Below are positions 1 to 10,462 of a DNA stretch of 64,000 bases, in pieces. Position numbers and translations under genes: made by a program. Every line of letters starts with the position of its first letter. The stretch's first letter is position 1. The stretch is from NCBI GenBank assembly GCA_963681965.1, contig OY820579.1:2720001-2784000 (forward strand). Reading direction: 5' to 3'. This stretch comes from a bacterium (lineage in GTDB: Bacteria; Electryoneota; JAOADG01). Under the pieces are notes generated by a model. The model made no database searches and was not told the DNA's origin. It saw only the letters and a program-made list of their open reading frames with translations.

Positions 1-309
1 ATTGTTCGAGTCAGAAATACTAATGGAGTTTGGAGCGTCGCCGAGCAATACCGATTCGTGATCGCAGATGCTCCCGATGCACCTACTTTATTGGTGATCT
101 CTTACAGTGGATCGAATGCAGTATTGCAATGGACGGCGCCATCAACGGCTGTCGATGGATTCCGGATTTATCGCAACAGCTTAGCTTATTTCATGCCACC
201 AGCGCAAAATACGTTGATCGGTAGCGTGACCGGAGCGACTACAACATTTACCGATTACAATGTATCCGATAAGTACTATTATCGAGTGAGTTCATTTAAT
301 ACACCATGA
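1..309 (+). CDS. 3' part of a probable secreted protein (runs off the window start); paralog of 8053..9057, ending in the shared FN3-like C-terminal domain
   Basis: Frame 1 is open from base 1: IVRVRNTNGVWS...APDAPTLLVISY...FRIYRN...TTTFTDYNV..YYYRVSSFNTP*. It aligns by eye with the C-terminal third of 8053..9057. Confidence 0.85.
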   Translation: MVRVRNTNGVWSVAEQYRFVIADAPDAPTLLVISYSGSNAVLQWTAPSTAVDGFRIYRNSLAYFMPPAQNTLIGSVTGATTTFTDYNVSDKYYYRVSSFNTP

Positions 310-341
310 TAACGGATTGCCTCCGTATTCAATCGAACGTA

Positions 342-372
342 GATGGGGAGGGTTGTTAGATGACTCCCGATC
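342..372. terminator. possible hairpin between convergent genes
   Basis: Imperfect inverted repeat gatggggag...ctccccgatc. Confidence 0.35.
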
Positions 373-419
373 GGATTTATAACGAGCAATGCTATCGAGT
401 ATTTAAAAAAACGATAGCG

Positions 420-3074
420 TTAACGGCTTTTCACCTGCAGAAATGCTCTCAAGCGAATATCTTTGGATGAAGCGCCAATCATGATGCGGGACATACCCGG
501 TTCGATGGTCGGCTGAATATTTTGGTCGTACATCGTTAGTAAATCGGGAGTGATGGTAAATGACAATTCTCGGCTTTCACCGGGCTGGAGATGAACGCGT
601 TGAAATTCCTTCAGCTCGGTGATTGGACGGGCGACTGATGCCAGTTCATCGCGAATGTATAGCTGCGTCACCTCATCGCCAGCTCGAGACCCGGTATTTT
701 TAAGTGTGAAGCGGGCGATTGCCGACTGGCCGGCCTTCATTTCCGATGGTTCGATGCGCAAGTTGGTGTATTCAAAAGACGTGTAACTAAGACCATGACC
801 GAACGGAAATAGCGGTTGCCCGCTCAGGTCGTTGTAATCGTCGCCGCGACCCGTCGGCTTGTGGTTGTAAACCAGCGGGAGTTGTCCTTCGGTAAGAGGA
901 TAAGTGATCGGGAGCCGGCCCGCGGGATTGATATCGCCAAAGAGCGCATCGGCAATCGCCATCCCACCTTGTTCCCCGGGGTACCAGACAGTCAGTATGG
1001 ATGGAACCTGATCGATCCAATTCGACATCGTGATTGCACTTCCACCGACGAGTATGACGATAGTTGGTTTACCAAGTGCAGCCACCCGCCTAATTAACTC
1101 CTCTTGTCTTCCCGGTAATGACAGGGAGGCCCGATCCCGGAATTCACCTTCCTCGATACCGACAGCCAGAATTGATGCCTCGCAACGGTTCGCGAGATCG
1201 ACTGCCTTTTGGATTTGAATTTCTTCGTCCGATGGAATTCCAACATTCCAGATCAGTTTGATGCGCGCATTACCCGTCGGTTCGAAATACTCCAAGCGAA
1301 GTTTTTGGGGTTGATTTGCGATGAATGAAACATCGGAAAGCGTAGTTCGATACGATGTTTTACTCCAGTTGTCAATCAAGAGGGAGTCATTTAGGTAGAG
1401 TCGGTAGCCGTCATTCCCCTCGATACCCAGTTTGAATTTTCCCGTTACCGGCGAGCGAAGAGTTCCCGTCCAACGCACAGAATAGAAGTCGTAGGTCAAT
1501 TGTTGCGGATCGGGAGAGAATAGCGTCCACGCGAAATCGATCGAAGAATCTGTTCGGGTAAATACAGGTCTTCCGGTCAAGTCGATATTGTTGAAGTATT
1601 CCCCTTTGATACCGGTGATTGTGCTGTCACCCATTGACCATGAAAGTTGCGAATGAGGTACTGCTACGTACTGCGAAGCAATTCGATCACACCCTTTTGA
1701 GTATAAAACATCGATATTCTTTCCTGCTCTCGATCGGATTGCATCTACAATTGTGCTTGTTCGCGAGCAGGGTGCACTATATCCACCTAATCGCAAGGTA
1801 TCGGCATCAGGACCGATCACAGCTATTGAGCGAATGGATTTGGGCAGAGGTAGAGTAGAGTTTTTGTTCTTAAGCAGAATGATCGACTCGCTTGCAGCTC
1901 GACGACTTAGTTGAAGGTGTGTGGAAGTGTCGGTGTTCTTCCCTTTTAATGGGTCGATGTAGGGTTGTTCGAATAGACTTAATTGAAATTTCGCGCGCAA
2001 TACCCGAGCCACTGCCGAGTCGATGGTCGCCTTTCCGATACGTCCATCCAGAAAGGGCGGGATAAATAATTTGCTGTGGTCGATGGAGGTTTGAAAAATA
2101 ACGTCGAGGCCGGAGTTAATCGCTTTCGCACTTGCGTCGGCATAATCCGAAGCCGTGAAATGAAGTACATTCGCTCCGCCTACCGCCCCGGCATCGGAAA
2201 TGACAAACCCGCGAAATCCCATTTCACGTTTGAGTAAACGGTTGTTGAGACGGTCACTGGCCGAGCATGGCGATCCATCGAACGAATTGTAGGAAGTCAT
2301 GATCGATCGCGCGCCACCTGAGTGGATACAGGCTTCAAAGGGGGGTAGATGTGTCTCTCGCAGGGAACGCTCGCCGATATCGATGGGATAGCTGTCACGT
2401 CCGCCTTCGCCGACGTTTGCTATGAAATGTTTCGGAGTGGCGATGATGCCATTTCGTTCGAATTCGGAGACAAATGCTACACCCATTCGAGAGGATAAGA
2501 AGGGATCTTCCCCATACGTCTCCTCCGTTCTTCCCCACCTTACATCGGTAGCAATATTGATTACCGGCGACAGTACCTGTCGTATTCCCTGATTGCGACA
2601 TTGTTCGGCAATACTACGACTGATTTCATGCATTAGTGAGGTATCGAAAGTTGCAGCCAGACCGATTGCTTGCGGAAAAATCGTCGCATTCTTCTGGGTC
2701 AACCCATGTAACGCTTCGGCAAAAAAGATGATTGGAATTCCCAGACGAGTATTTTCGACAAAATGGTGTTGAACAAGGTTCAGACGATTTACTGACGCAG
2801 TGAAATCGAGATCGGAATTGATTTGAAGCCCAAAAACTCCGTCGTTAAATCGGGCTGGGTCATTGTCAATTTCACCAGCTAACATGAATAATTGCCAAAA
2901 TTTCTCTTCAGGGGTCATGCGAGTGAGCAAATCATTAACGCGATATTCGATAGTTGCAGTTGAATCGCGATAGGTTTGCGCAACGCTGTGATGCGGGAAG
3001 AAGACAACCAAACTGATGGCAAAAATCAGCCCGATTTGAAACGTGCTATTTTGCTTAGAATACTTTGATTTCAT
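420..3074 (-). CDS. GH3 beta-glucosidase/xylosidase with PA14 insert and Fn3-like C-terminus
   Basis: Motifs TRLGIP, EALHG, ATIFPQAIGLAATFD, RWGRTEETYGEDP, KHF, GFVISDA (nucleophile Asp), WYPGEQGG, PLFPFGHGLSYT. PA14-like YSVRWTG/NDGYRLY segment. Signal peptide. Confidence 0.95.
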   Translation of the reverse strand: MKSKYSKQNSTFQIGLIFAISLVVFFPHHSVAQTYRDSTATIEYRVNDLLTRMTPEEKFWQLFMLAGEIDNDPARFNDGVFGLQINSDLDFTASVNRLNLVQHHFVENTRLGIPIIFFAEALHGLTQKNATIFPQAIGLAATFDTSLMHEISRSIAEQCRNQGIRQVLSPVINIATDVRWGRTEETYGEDPFLSSRMGVAFVSEFERNGIIATPKHFIANVGEGGRDSYPIDIGERSLRETHLPPFEACIHSGGARSIMTSYNSFDGSPCSASDRLNNRLLKREMGFRGFVISDAGAVGGANVLHFTASDYADASAKAINSGLDVIFQTSIDHSKLFIPPFLDGRIGKATIDSAVARVLRAKFQLSLFEQPYIDPLKGKNTDTSTHLQLSRRAASESIILLKNKNSTLPLPKSIRSIAVIGPDADTLRLGGYSAPCSRTSTIVDAIRSRAGKNIDVLYSKGCDRIASQYVAVPHSQLSWSMGDSTITGIKGEYFNNIDLTGRPVFTRTDSSIDFAWTLFSPDPQQLTYDFYSVRWTGTLRSPVTGKFKLGIEGNDGYRLYLNDSLLIDNWSKTSYRTTLSDVSFIANQPQKLRLEYFEPTGNARIKLIWNVGIPSDEEIQIQKAVDLANRCEASILAVGIEEGEFRDRASLSLPGRQEELIRRVAALGKPTIVILVGGSAITMSNWIDQVPSILTVWYPGEQGGMAIADALFGDINPAGRLPITYPLTEGQLPLVYNHKPTGRGDDYNDLSGQPLFPFGHGLSYTSFEYTNLRIEPSEMKAGQSAIARFTLKNTGSRAGDEVTQLYIRDELASVARPITELKEFQRVHLQPGESRELSFTITPDLLTMYDQNIQPTIEPGMSRIMIGASSKDIRLRAFLQVKSR

Positions 3075-5289
3075 CGCAGAAGATCCACGCTTTGCCCCCG
3101 GCACCTTTATGCCAAGGTGGACATTGTTTCATGTTCACAGCTTTCACTTGGATGTATCTTGCCGAAATGGGAAAGAAACGTACAGATAGAGGGATACGCA
3201 GTGTTCCTTCCTGATGCGAGTCGATGGAAGCTGATAAACACCCTACTGACCGAAATGCTTTCCCATCATCAGATGCGAAAAATTCAACTGATTCAGGTCG
3301 GAAGATCCATGATGCGTTGTCTTGAAGAAATGCGGTTTCGATGTAGGTTACAGGTTTGATCGCTCCTAGATCGATAGTTGCTTGCATATCCTCACCTTCA
3401 AACCCGAGCCAGTGCATATGGTAATCGTCCCATCCGATTAAACCATCCGTTAGCGCCTCTGCTTGTCCCTCGTGGTACTTAGGACTAGCAGGAATAGTCA
3501 GATTGACCGAGTGTTCCAATGCTTGATGCGGTTCAGTACTTCCCTGTAGAAAGCGACTACAAGAACTAAAATACTCTTCAGGAGGAACGCCATGTTCCCA
3601 CAATTTCGAAATTCCAACACGCTTGCAACGCACATAAAAGGTATCTAGTAGTGTTGTGAATTCTGGTCGTGCAGTCCGTAATCCAGATTTTGTTCGAGTG
3701 AAACAGCCGCGATTATTATCAGCGAAGAGTTTGCCTAGTTCCAATTGAGCGTATTGTAGCGGAAGTCGAGCAGTCCGTACACGTTCAAGAATCTCCGGAT
3801 TTCCCGCAACCGCAATTTCTGCTTGATCAAAGTACCGGTTGTACTGTTCGACCCGGTCACCGGATAAGTAACTTTTTGCAGCATAAAATGGATAACCAAA
3901 GCAGGAAAGACCGTCTCCCGATTTGACCAATGCAACCTGCATAGTGTCGATGTATTGGCGAAGATACGGCGCTGCACTGCCATAATAGCCCTGAAGGAAG
4001 TCATTGACCAGCGTATTTCTGTCGAGTTCGGGATTCCAGAGCAGTTTGGCAATTAAATAGGTACGTAGTTCGGCAAATTCCCCATGCATCTCACTGATGC
4101 CTTGCTCGAATACTGTGTTGATCCCGTTTTTTGCGAAGTACTGGAGATTCGGTTGTATCACATGGAGATTGGGGAATGGGCTAACCATATTTCGAAATTG
4201 AATTACATAATCCCACAGAAATATGTTTTTTGTCAATTTCGACCAATCCTGCAAGTCTTTGATAAAAGAGGCATCCGATGGACTATCGGCAATCGGTCGA
4301 CTACGATCGCACTCGATACTGCATAGCATGATATTGACATTCGGTGCTGGTTTGGTGAGTCGCGGTGCCGAGCGAGAATATTGGTATGCCAAAGTCGAGA
4401 TGGTTTTATCGGGGAATTCTGCAGCTACTCGATTGACAAATCGAAGGAGTGAGCCGGATTGCGATCCTTCAGCATCGTCAACCTTCCGGCACTCAGAACA
4501 GGTGCAGGGAACATAAGTGTCATTCTGTGATACCGACCAGAATTTCGCATTTGGTTTTTCCAGCATTCGTTTTCGAAGTTCTTCGATGACGATACGGACA
4601 ACCTCGGAATTGCTGAGACACAATTGTCCATCTGCAATTCGAACACCATTATTTTCCGAAAAATACTCAGGGTGGTTCGCGAAGTACTTTTGGGGTGGCA
4701 CTAGTGTTTGGAAAGTATGAACAAACAGACCCCAGTCTTCCAAAGAGTTCAGTTTATGCCAAGCATTATACTGTGCATCTTTGAAGTCTTGCAATCGAAA
4801 CGAGAACGTCGGTATTTGGATCTCGTCAAGTGCTGGAAGAACGATTGTTGATTGATGTGGTATGACTGACACAGATGGACTGTATTTTCGACAACCCAGT
4901 TGGTTTTCCAGAAATGAATAGACAGCATTATGCAATCCGTGGTCGGTGTTGGCGGTTAGGATGATTTGATTGTTGCTGATTCGAGTATGAAAACCGTCAA
5001 GACTTAAATTCTTACCCTTAACCGGTTTGTCCGTGATTTGGAAAGAGATACTATTCGCTAACGGAATAGAACCAACCGAGACAGGTAGTTTCGGACCCGA
5101 TATCCGGTCAATATAGATGCGTAAAGTTTCAGCGGCTGCTGTTACGATTGGAGTAGCGTGCTCGGGCAGCAAGATTTGGAACTGGCTCGTACCATCTTGA
5201 ACGAGTGTAGTAGATCGAGGCGCAGCAAAACAATTTCCTGTTGCGAGTAATAGTGTTATGACGAGATAAATTGAGCGAAGTATTATCAT
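3055..5289 (-). CDS. DUF4838 (GH-like) secreted protein with C-terminal discoidin/F5-8-like domain
   Basis: HPEYF...QLCLSN, SVSQND, CxCxxC, TLAYQYS, LWDY, ELRTYLIAKLLWNP. C-terminal LTDG...IDLG...ARYI...WIFCDEI. ATG overlaps the upstream stop (ATGA). Confidence 0.85.
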   Translation of the reverse strand: MIILRSIYLVITLLLATGNCFAAPRSTTLVQDGTSQFQILLPEHATPIVTAAAETLRIYIDRISGPKLPVSVGSIPLANSISFQITDKPVKGKNLSLDGFHTRISNNQIILTANTDHGLHNAVYSFLENQLGCRKYSPSVSVIPHQSTIVLPALDEIQIPTFSFRLQDFKDAQYNAWHKLNSLEDWGLFVHTFQTLVPPQKYFANHPEYFSENNGVRIADGQLCLSNSEVVRIVIEELRKRMLEKPNAKFWSVSQNDTYVPCTCSECRKVDDAEGSQSGSLLRFVNRVAAEFPDKTISTLAYQYSRSAPRLTKPAPNVNIMLCSIECDRSRPIADSPSDASFIKDLQDWSKLTKNIFLWDYVIQFRNMVSPFPNLHVIQPNLQYFAKNGINTVFEQGISEMHGEFAELRTYLIAKLLWNPELDRNTLVNDFLQGYYGSAAPYLRQYIDTMQVALVKSGDGLSCFGYPFYAAKSYLSGDRVEQYNRYFDQAEIAVAGNPEILERVRTARLPLQYAQLELGKLFADNNRGCFTRTKSGLRTARPEFTTLLDTFYVRCKRVGISKLWEHGVPPEEYFSSCSRFLQGSTEPHQALEHSVNLTIPASPKYHEGQAEALTDGLIGWDDYHMHWLGFEGEDMQATIDLGAIKPVTYIETAFLQDNASWIFRPESVEFFASDDGKAFRSVGCLSASIDSHQEGTLRIPLSVRFFPISARYIQVKAVNMKQCPPWHKGAGGKAWIFCDEIKVF

Positions 5290-6719
5290 TTCTCGACCTG
5301 CAATCGAAATGCCCATGCAAATTGACATGGCGGATTAGCGCGAACCGATTCGGGGATACGGATAACGCACCCTTTATCCGAAATTGACCACTCTAATGGC
5401 TTCTCAACACCGAACATTGTTACTTTGCTACCGGTCAATGGTTGGAAACTCGGAACTGTAATTGATGTTGGAAGACCGGGTTGAGATTCGGAATTGAGAA
5501 GAATGACATTTACACTTCGATCGGGAGATCTGGTATAACAGAGCTGCCCCTCTTTATAGGGAGCCACTGCACGGGTAGAGTAGATCGCATTGCCGTTGAC
5601 CTTCATCCAGGCACCCAATTCATGTAATCGGTTGTAGGCGTCAGGCGACAATTCACCGGTCGGGCTGGGACCAATATTGAGTAAAAGGTTCCCACCTTTC
5701 GCGACGATATCGACCAATAGATGAATGAGTTTTCGTGTCGGTTTGTATTCATCGTTGGGGACATAGCTCCACGACGTTGCCATTGTTAAACAAGTTTCCC
5801 AGACAGTATTGAGGGGTTTTTCCGGTACTTCCTGTTCGGGGGTATGGTAATTTTGGTAGAGTCCATCGACCGCTCGATCGACGATAATTAATCCGGGTTG
5901 ATGAGATCGTGCCATCGTTGCAATCTTCGGCATATCGATATTTTGGTCACAAGGTGCTTTGCCCCATCGTGGTGACGTTGGTGTCATCGGTTGAACCCAG
6001 CCACCATCCAACCAGAGGATATCGATGGGTCCATAATCAGTCATTAATTCTTGAATTTGATTGTACGTGAAATTCTTAAATGCATTCCATTTTTCAGGAT
6101 ATCGTTTGATGTCGTAATTCACATTCCGGTCGAATGGGGGAAAATATGGCCACCAGTAATCCGGTGAGTGCCAATCTGGTTTGGAGAAATATGTACCGAC
6201 TCCGAAACCCTGTTTTCGAAACGCTGTAAACAATTCTTTAGTAATATTTGACTTAGCGTTAATACTAAATGGGCATTTGGCATCGGTAATCTTATAATCG
6301 GTTTCTTTTGTATCGAACATACAGAAACCATCGTGATGCTTGGTGGTAAAGATAAGATAGCGCATACCTGCATCTTTAGCGGCAGCAGCCCAACCAGCAG
6401 GATCAAATTTGGTTGGATTGAAACTAGTCTTCAGATTTTCATAAGCTGTTTTGTAGGACCAATAGTCTTTGGCTAAGGGTCCGCGCCGTTTGGTCCAATC
6501 TTCGTCTTCGGGACAGATACTCCAACTTTCAACGACACCCCATTGGCTGTAAGTACCCCAGTGCATAAGCAAACCAAGCTTCTGATCTTGAAACCACTCG
6601 AGTTTATTTAATACTAGCGAATCGGTTTGTGAATATGCCTGAGATGAAGTAATAGTGATACCGAATCCAATCAATAAGAAAAGTAAGAAATTTGTATTGA
6701 GTGTTTTATTACACTTCAT
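5286..6719 (-). CDS. alpha-L-fucosidase (GH29)
   Basis: WFQDQKLGLLMHWG, AKDAGMRY, TTKHHDGF, LWLDGGW (nucleophile), WETCLTM..SWSY, GGNLLLNIGP. Signal peptide. Confidence 0.95.
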   Translation of the reverse strand: MKCNKTLNTNFLLFLLIGFGITITSSQAYSQTDSLVLNKLEWFQDQKLGLLMHWGTYSQWGVVESWSICPEDEDWTKRRGPLAKDYWSYKTAYENLKTSFNPTKFDPAGWAAAAKDAGMRYLIFTTKHHDGFCMFDTKETDYKITDAKCPFSINAKSNITKELFTAFRKQGFGVGTYFSKPDWHSPDYWWPYFPPFDRNVNYDIKRYPEKWNAFKNFTYNQIQELMTDYGPIDILWLDGGWVQPMTPTSPRWGKAPCDQNIDMPKIATMARSHQPGLIIVDRAVDGLYQNYHTPEQEVPEKPLNTVWETCLTMATSWSYVPNDEYKPTRKLIHLLVDIVAKGGNLLLNIGPSPTGELSPDAYNRLHELGAWMKVNGNAIYSTRAVAPYKEGQLCYTRSPDRSVNVILLNSESQPGLPTSITVPSFQPLTGSKVTMFGVEKPLEWSISDKGCVIRIPESVRANPPCQFAWAFRLQVEK

Positions 6720-7031
6720 ATTAGTTCTCCTCTCATCGTCTCATTGAGAGCATAATATACTTAATCTATTACAGTTAAACTATAATATTCCCGATGTGAT
6801 GTAAAAACACTTTCCAGATAAGAGGTGGAGTAAGCCTACACCCTTTGAATTGAGTTATTGTTTTAAGTGAGAACGCAGGCTCAAATAATTATGTTTTCGT
6901 AATGTATTGATTACTGGTGTTGAATATTCGCAAGTTACGAATGATCGATTAAAATGTTGACTTCTCGATAGTATTTTATCTACGTTAATATGACAAATCA
7001 TTCCCAAGTATTTCCATCGCAGGAGGCACTT

Positions 7032-8039
7032 ATGAATGCTCGCATATTTCTTCTTCTCTTCACTCATCTTTCACTATTTTCTTCTTCCTTCTCTACGGTT
7101 TTACTAGTTGATAATAGTAGTAATGCTGCGACTAACGCTTATTCTACTGTACAGGCAGCGCATAATGCCGCAGTTAGTGGCGATACTATTTATGTGATTG
7201 GCACAGGTAGTTCATATGGTCAACTAACTGCGACTAAAACACTTTATTGGTTTGGTCCGGGATATCTTTTGCAAAATAATCCAGAGACTCAAGCAAATCC
7301 TGGTTCAGCTCGACTGTCCGGTGTTTCGTTCAATTCAGGATCTGCAGGTTCGTCGATGACTGGTTTTTGTATCGAAGGGACACTCGATTTCGTAACAGGG
7401 AATATCTTGTTTCGAAGAAATTATGTTTCTTTGACTAACAATACCGCTTTTATGGTCGAAGTTCTAGCACCAAACGTAATTCTTGAGCAATGTTATTTCT
7501 ATCATCCCTATACCTCTGGATCGGGACAATTTATTTCGATCGGTTCCGCTGCCAATAATACTGTTTTTAGAAACTGTATACTATACAGCTATGCCAATGA
7601 GATAATCGGTTCTACACTCACTGGTGCATTAACATTTCGAAATTGTGTATTCGATTTGTCAACGATGAGTTTTTACAATGCTGTTCTCGTAAATTGTATT
7701 TTGAAATCAGGTTCGTATTCCGCCAACAATAACGAAGTAACCTATTCGATGTGCAATAGTACGCAATTCGGTTCAAACAATCATAATATTCAAAATGTCG
7801 ATATGGCATTTGTTTTTCAAACCACTGAAGATTTTGATGCATATTATCAGCTAGCATCCGGATCGCCGGCAATCGGAACCGGGGAAAGCGGAAGCGATAT
7901 GGGCGTTTTCGGTGGACTGTACCCATATATCTTGAGTGGAATTCCAAATTTACCAACGATTACTTACATAAATGCCCCTTCCACTGGTAGTACAGTAAAT
8001 GGACTACCAATAACGATCCGTGTTCGTGGTCGGAACTAG
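7032..8039 (+). CDS. secreted right-handed beta-helix (pectin-lyase-like) hypothetical protein
   Basis: AGGAGG RBS before ATG 7032. Signal peptide. VDN...YSTVQAAHNAA.SGDTIYV start, Asn/Cys-ladder repeats (FRNCI, VNCI), YQLASGSPAIGTG..DMGVFGG..PY end. Confidence 0.8.
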   Translation: MNARIFLLLFTHLSLFSSSFSTVLLVDNSSNAATNAYSTVQAAHNAAVSGDTIYVIGTGSSYGQLTATKTLYWFGPGYLLQNNPETQANPGSARLSGVSFNSGSAGSSMTGFCIEGTLDFVTGNILFRRNYVSLTNNTAFMVEVLAPNVILEQCYFYHPYTSGSGQFISIGSAANNTVFRNCILYSYANEIIGSTLTGALTFRNCVFDLSTMSFYNAVLVNCILKSGSYSANNNEVTYSMCNSTQFGSNNHNIQNVDMAFVFQTTEDFDAYYQLASGSPAIGTGESGSDMGVFGGLYPYILSGIPNLPTITYINAPSTGSTVNGLPITIRVRGRN

Positions 8040-8052
8040 AGGAGGATGCATT

Positions 8053-9057
8053 ATGATTGAAAGAATAATCTCTTCAACCGGGAGATGTACTCAAAATCGA
8101 ATAATTTACTGGATTTTATTAACTCTTTTCTCTTTACCGATCTCGTATGCACAAATAGTAGATGCAGTAGAATATTTTTTCGATTCCGATCCCGGTTTTG
8201 GAAATGGAACGCCAATTTCGATTACACCAGCTACGTTGCTTGAAGTGCAAATTACTTCGTTTAGTCCATTAGGCAGTGGTGTTCACACGCTCTATGTTCG
8301 CGCTAGACAAAATGGCGTTTGGGGATTACCAGGTTTACACCGATTCTGGTCGGAACCAACCGGTCCCAATACTCCTGCTATAATAAGATTAGAATTTTTT
8401 TTCGACAATGATCCGGGAATCGGGAATGGTATACCCTTGATTTTGACCGGTACCGATTCGACTACTCGAACTATTATCGTTCCCATGAACAATTTGACAC
8501 CCGGATTCCATTGGCTCTGGTTAAGAGCCATGGATAGTTATGGAGGGATATCTCTTCCACTACCAAAACCGATTTGGGTCGAGGGAGTAGAATACAATCG
8601 ATCTTCGGTAAATGAGGTCGGAATATTTTTTGATATCGATTTAGGACCTGCTCATGATAGAATCGTTCCTCTTGTAGCTGCCGACTCACTTACAACTACA
8701 TTTATTGCTAGCTTGGCAGATCTTTCAGCCGGATATCACAAAATGGGCGTTCGGATTAAAGATTCTGGTGGGAAATGGTCGCTACCATATATGAAACAAA
8801 TCTTAGTGCTTGCACCTCCTGATGCTCCTCAATTCTTAGTAATATCGTACGAAAATAATAATGCCACTTTAAACTGGTCCACGACATCAGTTCCGATGGA
8901 CAGCTTTCGCATCTATCGAAATTCGACTGGTCATTTTAATGTACCGAATAGTGGTACACTCATCGGAACAGTGAATGGAAGCACCACAACCTTCACTGAT
9001 TACAACGTTACTGGTGAGTATTATTATCGAGTAACTGCTTACGTCATAGACGATTAG
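8053..9057 (+). CDS. secreted protein with three (E)YFFDxDPGxGNG Ig-like repeats plus the shared FN3-like C-terminal domain
   Basis: RBS GAGGAGG. Repeats VEYFFDSDPGFGNGTPI, LEFFFDNDPGIGNGIPL and VGIFFDIDLG, each followed by G.H.L.vR....G.W/IS. Confidence 0.85.
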   Translation: MIERIISSTGRCTQNRIIYWILLTLFSLPISYAQIVDAVEYFFDSDPGFGNGTPISITPATLLEVQITSFSPLGSGVHTLYVRARQNGVWGLPGLHRFWSEPTGPNTPAIIRLEFFFDNDPGIGNGIPLILTGTDSTTRTIIVPMNNLTPGFHWLWLRAMDSYGGISLPLPKPIWVEGVEYNRSSVNEVGIFFDIDLGPAHDRIVPLVAADSLTTTFIASLADLSAGYHKMGVRIKDSGGKWSLPYMKQILVLAPPDAPQFLVISYENNNATLNWSTTSVPMDSFRIYRNSTGHFNVPNSGTLIGTVNGSTTTFTDYNVTGEYYYRVTAYVIDD

Positions 9058-9290
9058 AGACCATTCTATACATCTACTTTTGGAAAGCACTAAATATGAG
9101 GAGTATCAAGATTTTCATAGAATTCATCGCTATACTGTGTAGAAACTTAACAGTCAATTTCGAGATCGCATAATTCGGGATCGCATATTTAGTGAGAACG
9201 CATCTTGTATTTGTGAGGTGGTACCCTCAGTTTGGACAGTTTTGTGCGAATCTTAGTTAGATTGCACCGCCCACTGTCTGCTGTTTCTTG

Positions 9291-10106
9291 TCAGGCAGCT
9301 GCCTGACAAGAAAGATTTCTTAGACTATCGGTGTAGACTTCATCTGGGGTTTGATAGCCCAAGCCTTGGTGCGAACGTTCGCTGTTGTAGAACGAAAAAT
9401 ACTCACCGATGCTACGCTCTGCAACGCGAACTGAATCGTACCCTTTCAAGTATACTTCCTCGTACTTCAACGACTTCCACAACCGTTCGACAAAACGGTT
9501 ATCCATCCACCGACCCTTACCATCCATGCTGATCCGAACGCCAGCTTCTTTCAAGACATCAGTAAATGCAGTGCTAGTAAACTGACACCCTTGATCGCTG
9601 TTAAAGATCTCCGGTCTTCCATACTTCGACAATGCTTCCGTCAGCGCTTCCACACAGAAATCGGTGTCCAGCGTATTCGAAAGTCGCCACGACAGTACTT
9701 TCCGGCTGTACCAATCGATCACCGCCACCAGATACACAAAACCCCGAGCCAATGGGATGTACGTGATATCGGTTGCCCACACTTGATTCGCCCGATCTAC
9801 CACAATATCGCGAAGCAGGTACGGATAAATCTTGTGTTCCTTGTCAGGGATCGTCGTACGCGGCTTGCGATACAACGCTTCCAGACCCAGGAGGCGCAGC
9901 AGGGAACGAACCTTTTTCCGACCAACATCGATACCCTGCTTCGATAACTCCACCACCAGTTTACGGGCACCGTAGAACGGAACTTTCAGATGAAGCTCAT
10001 CCAATGTTCGCAACAGCATCAACTCGGTCGAATCAAGCGGAACCGGACGATAGTAGAAACTGCTGCGTGGAATCTGGATCAAAGAACACTGCTGAACCAC
10101 CGGCAA
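9291..10106 (-). CDS. IS3 transposase OrfB (DDE/rve); probably expressed as OrfAB by -1 frameshift
   Basis: [31 protein letters not shown]. The -1 frame is open back to a T-TTT-TTG heptamer in orfA. Confidence 0.95.
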   Translation of the reverse strand: MPVVQQCSLIQIPRSSFYYRPVPLDSTELMLLRTLDELHLKVPFYGARKLVVELSKQGIDVGRKKVRSLLRLLGLEALYRKPRTTIPDKEHKIYPYLLRDIVVDRANQVWATDITYIPLARGFVYLVAVIDWYSRKVLSWRLSNTLDTDFCVEALTEALSKYGRPEIFNSDQGCQFTSTAFTDVLKEAGVRISMDGKGRWMDNRFVERLWKSLKYEEVYLKGYDSVRVAERSIGEYFSFYNSERSHQGLGYQTPDEVYTDSLRNLSCQAAA

Positions 10107-10123
10107 ACTGGCACCAGGATCGA

Positions 10124-10462
10124 TCAGCGCTTCACGCTCAGAACGCCCAAGCGACTGAGCCCCCGTGACAAAAAATCGTTCTCCATCGTTAACTGGCCAA
10201 TCTTGGCGCGAAGCTCCTTAAGGTCTACTTCTTCACTTCCTGACGATTCAGTTTTGCCAAATACCGATGCAGCATGATCCAAAAGCTGCTTCTTCCACTG
10301 ACTGATCTGGTTCGGATGAACTTGATATAGACTTGATAGTTCAGATACTGTCTTATCACCCTTGAGTGCGGCTAATGCTACCTTCGCCTTGAAATCAGGC
10401 GATAAGGTCCGTCGTAATCCCGACATTGTAAACTCCCTGCTTGCTGTCAAAATATCGGGCAA
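10124..10462 (-). CDS. IS3 transposase OrfA (HTH); true start probably the internal ATG of MSGLRR
   Basis: FKAKVALAAL..KTVSEL...VHPNQISQWK, KIGQLTMENDFL. Confidence 0.9.
   Translation of the reverse strand: MPDILTASREFTMSGLRRTLSPDFKAKVALAALKGDKTVSELSSLYQVHPNQISQWKKQLLDHAASVFGKTESSGSEEVDLKELRAKIGQLTMENDFLSRGLSRLGVLSVKR

Noticed and set aside
6866-9202. Exact 12-bp repeat AGTGAGAACGCA in two intergenic regions (6866, 9191)
   Set aside because: Many 12-mer pairs are expected by chance in 64 kb, and it is non-palindromic with no third copy seen.
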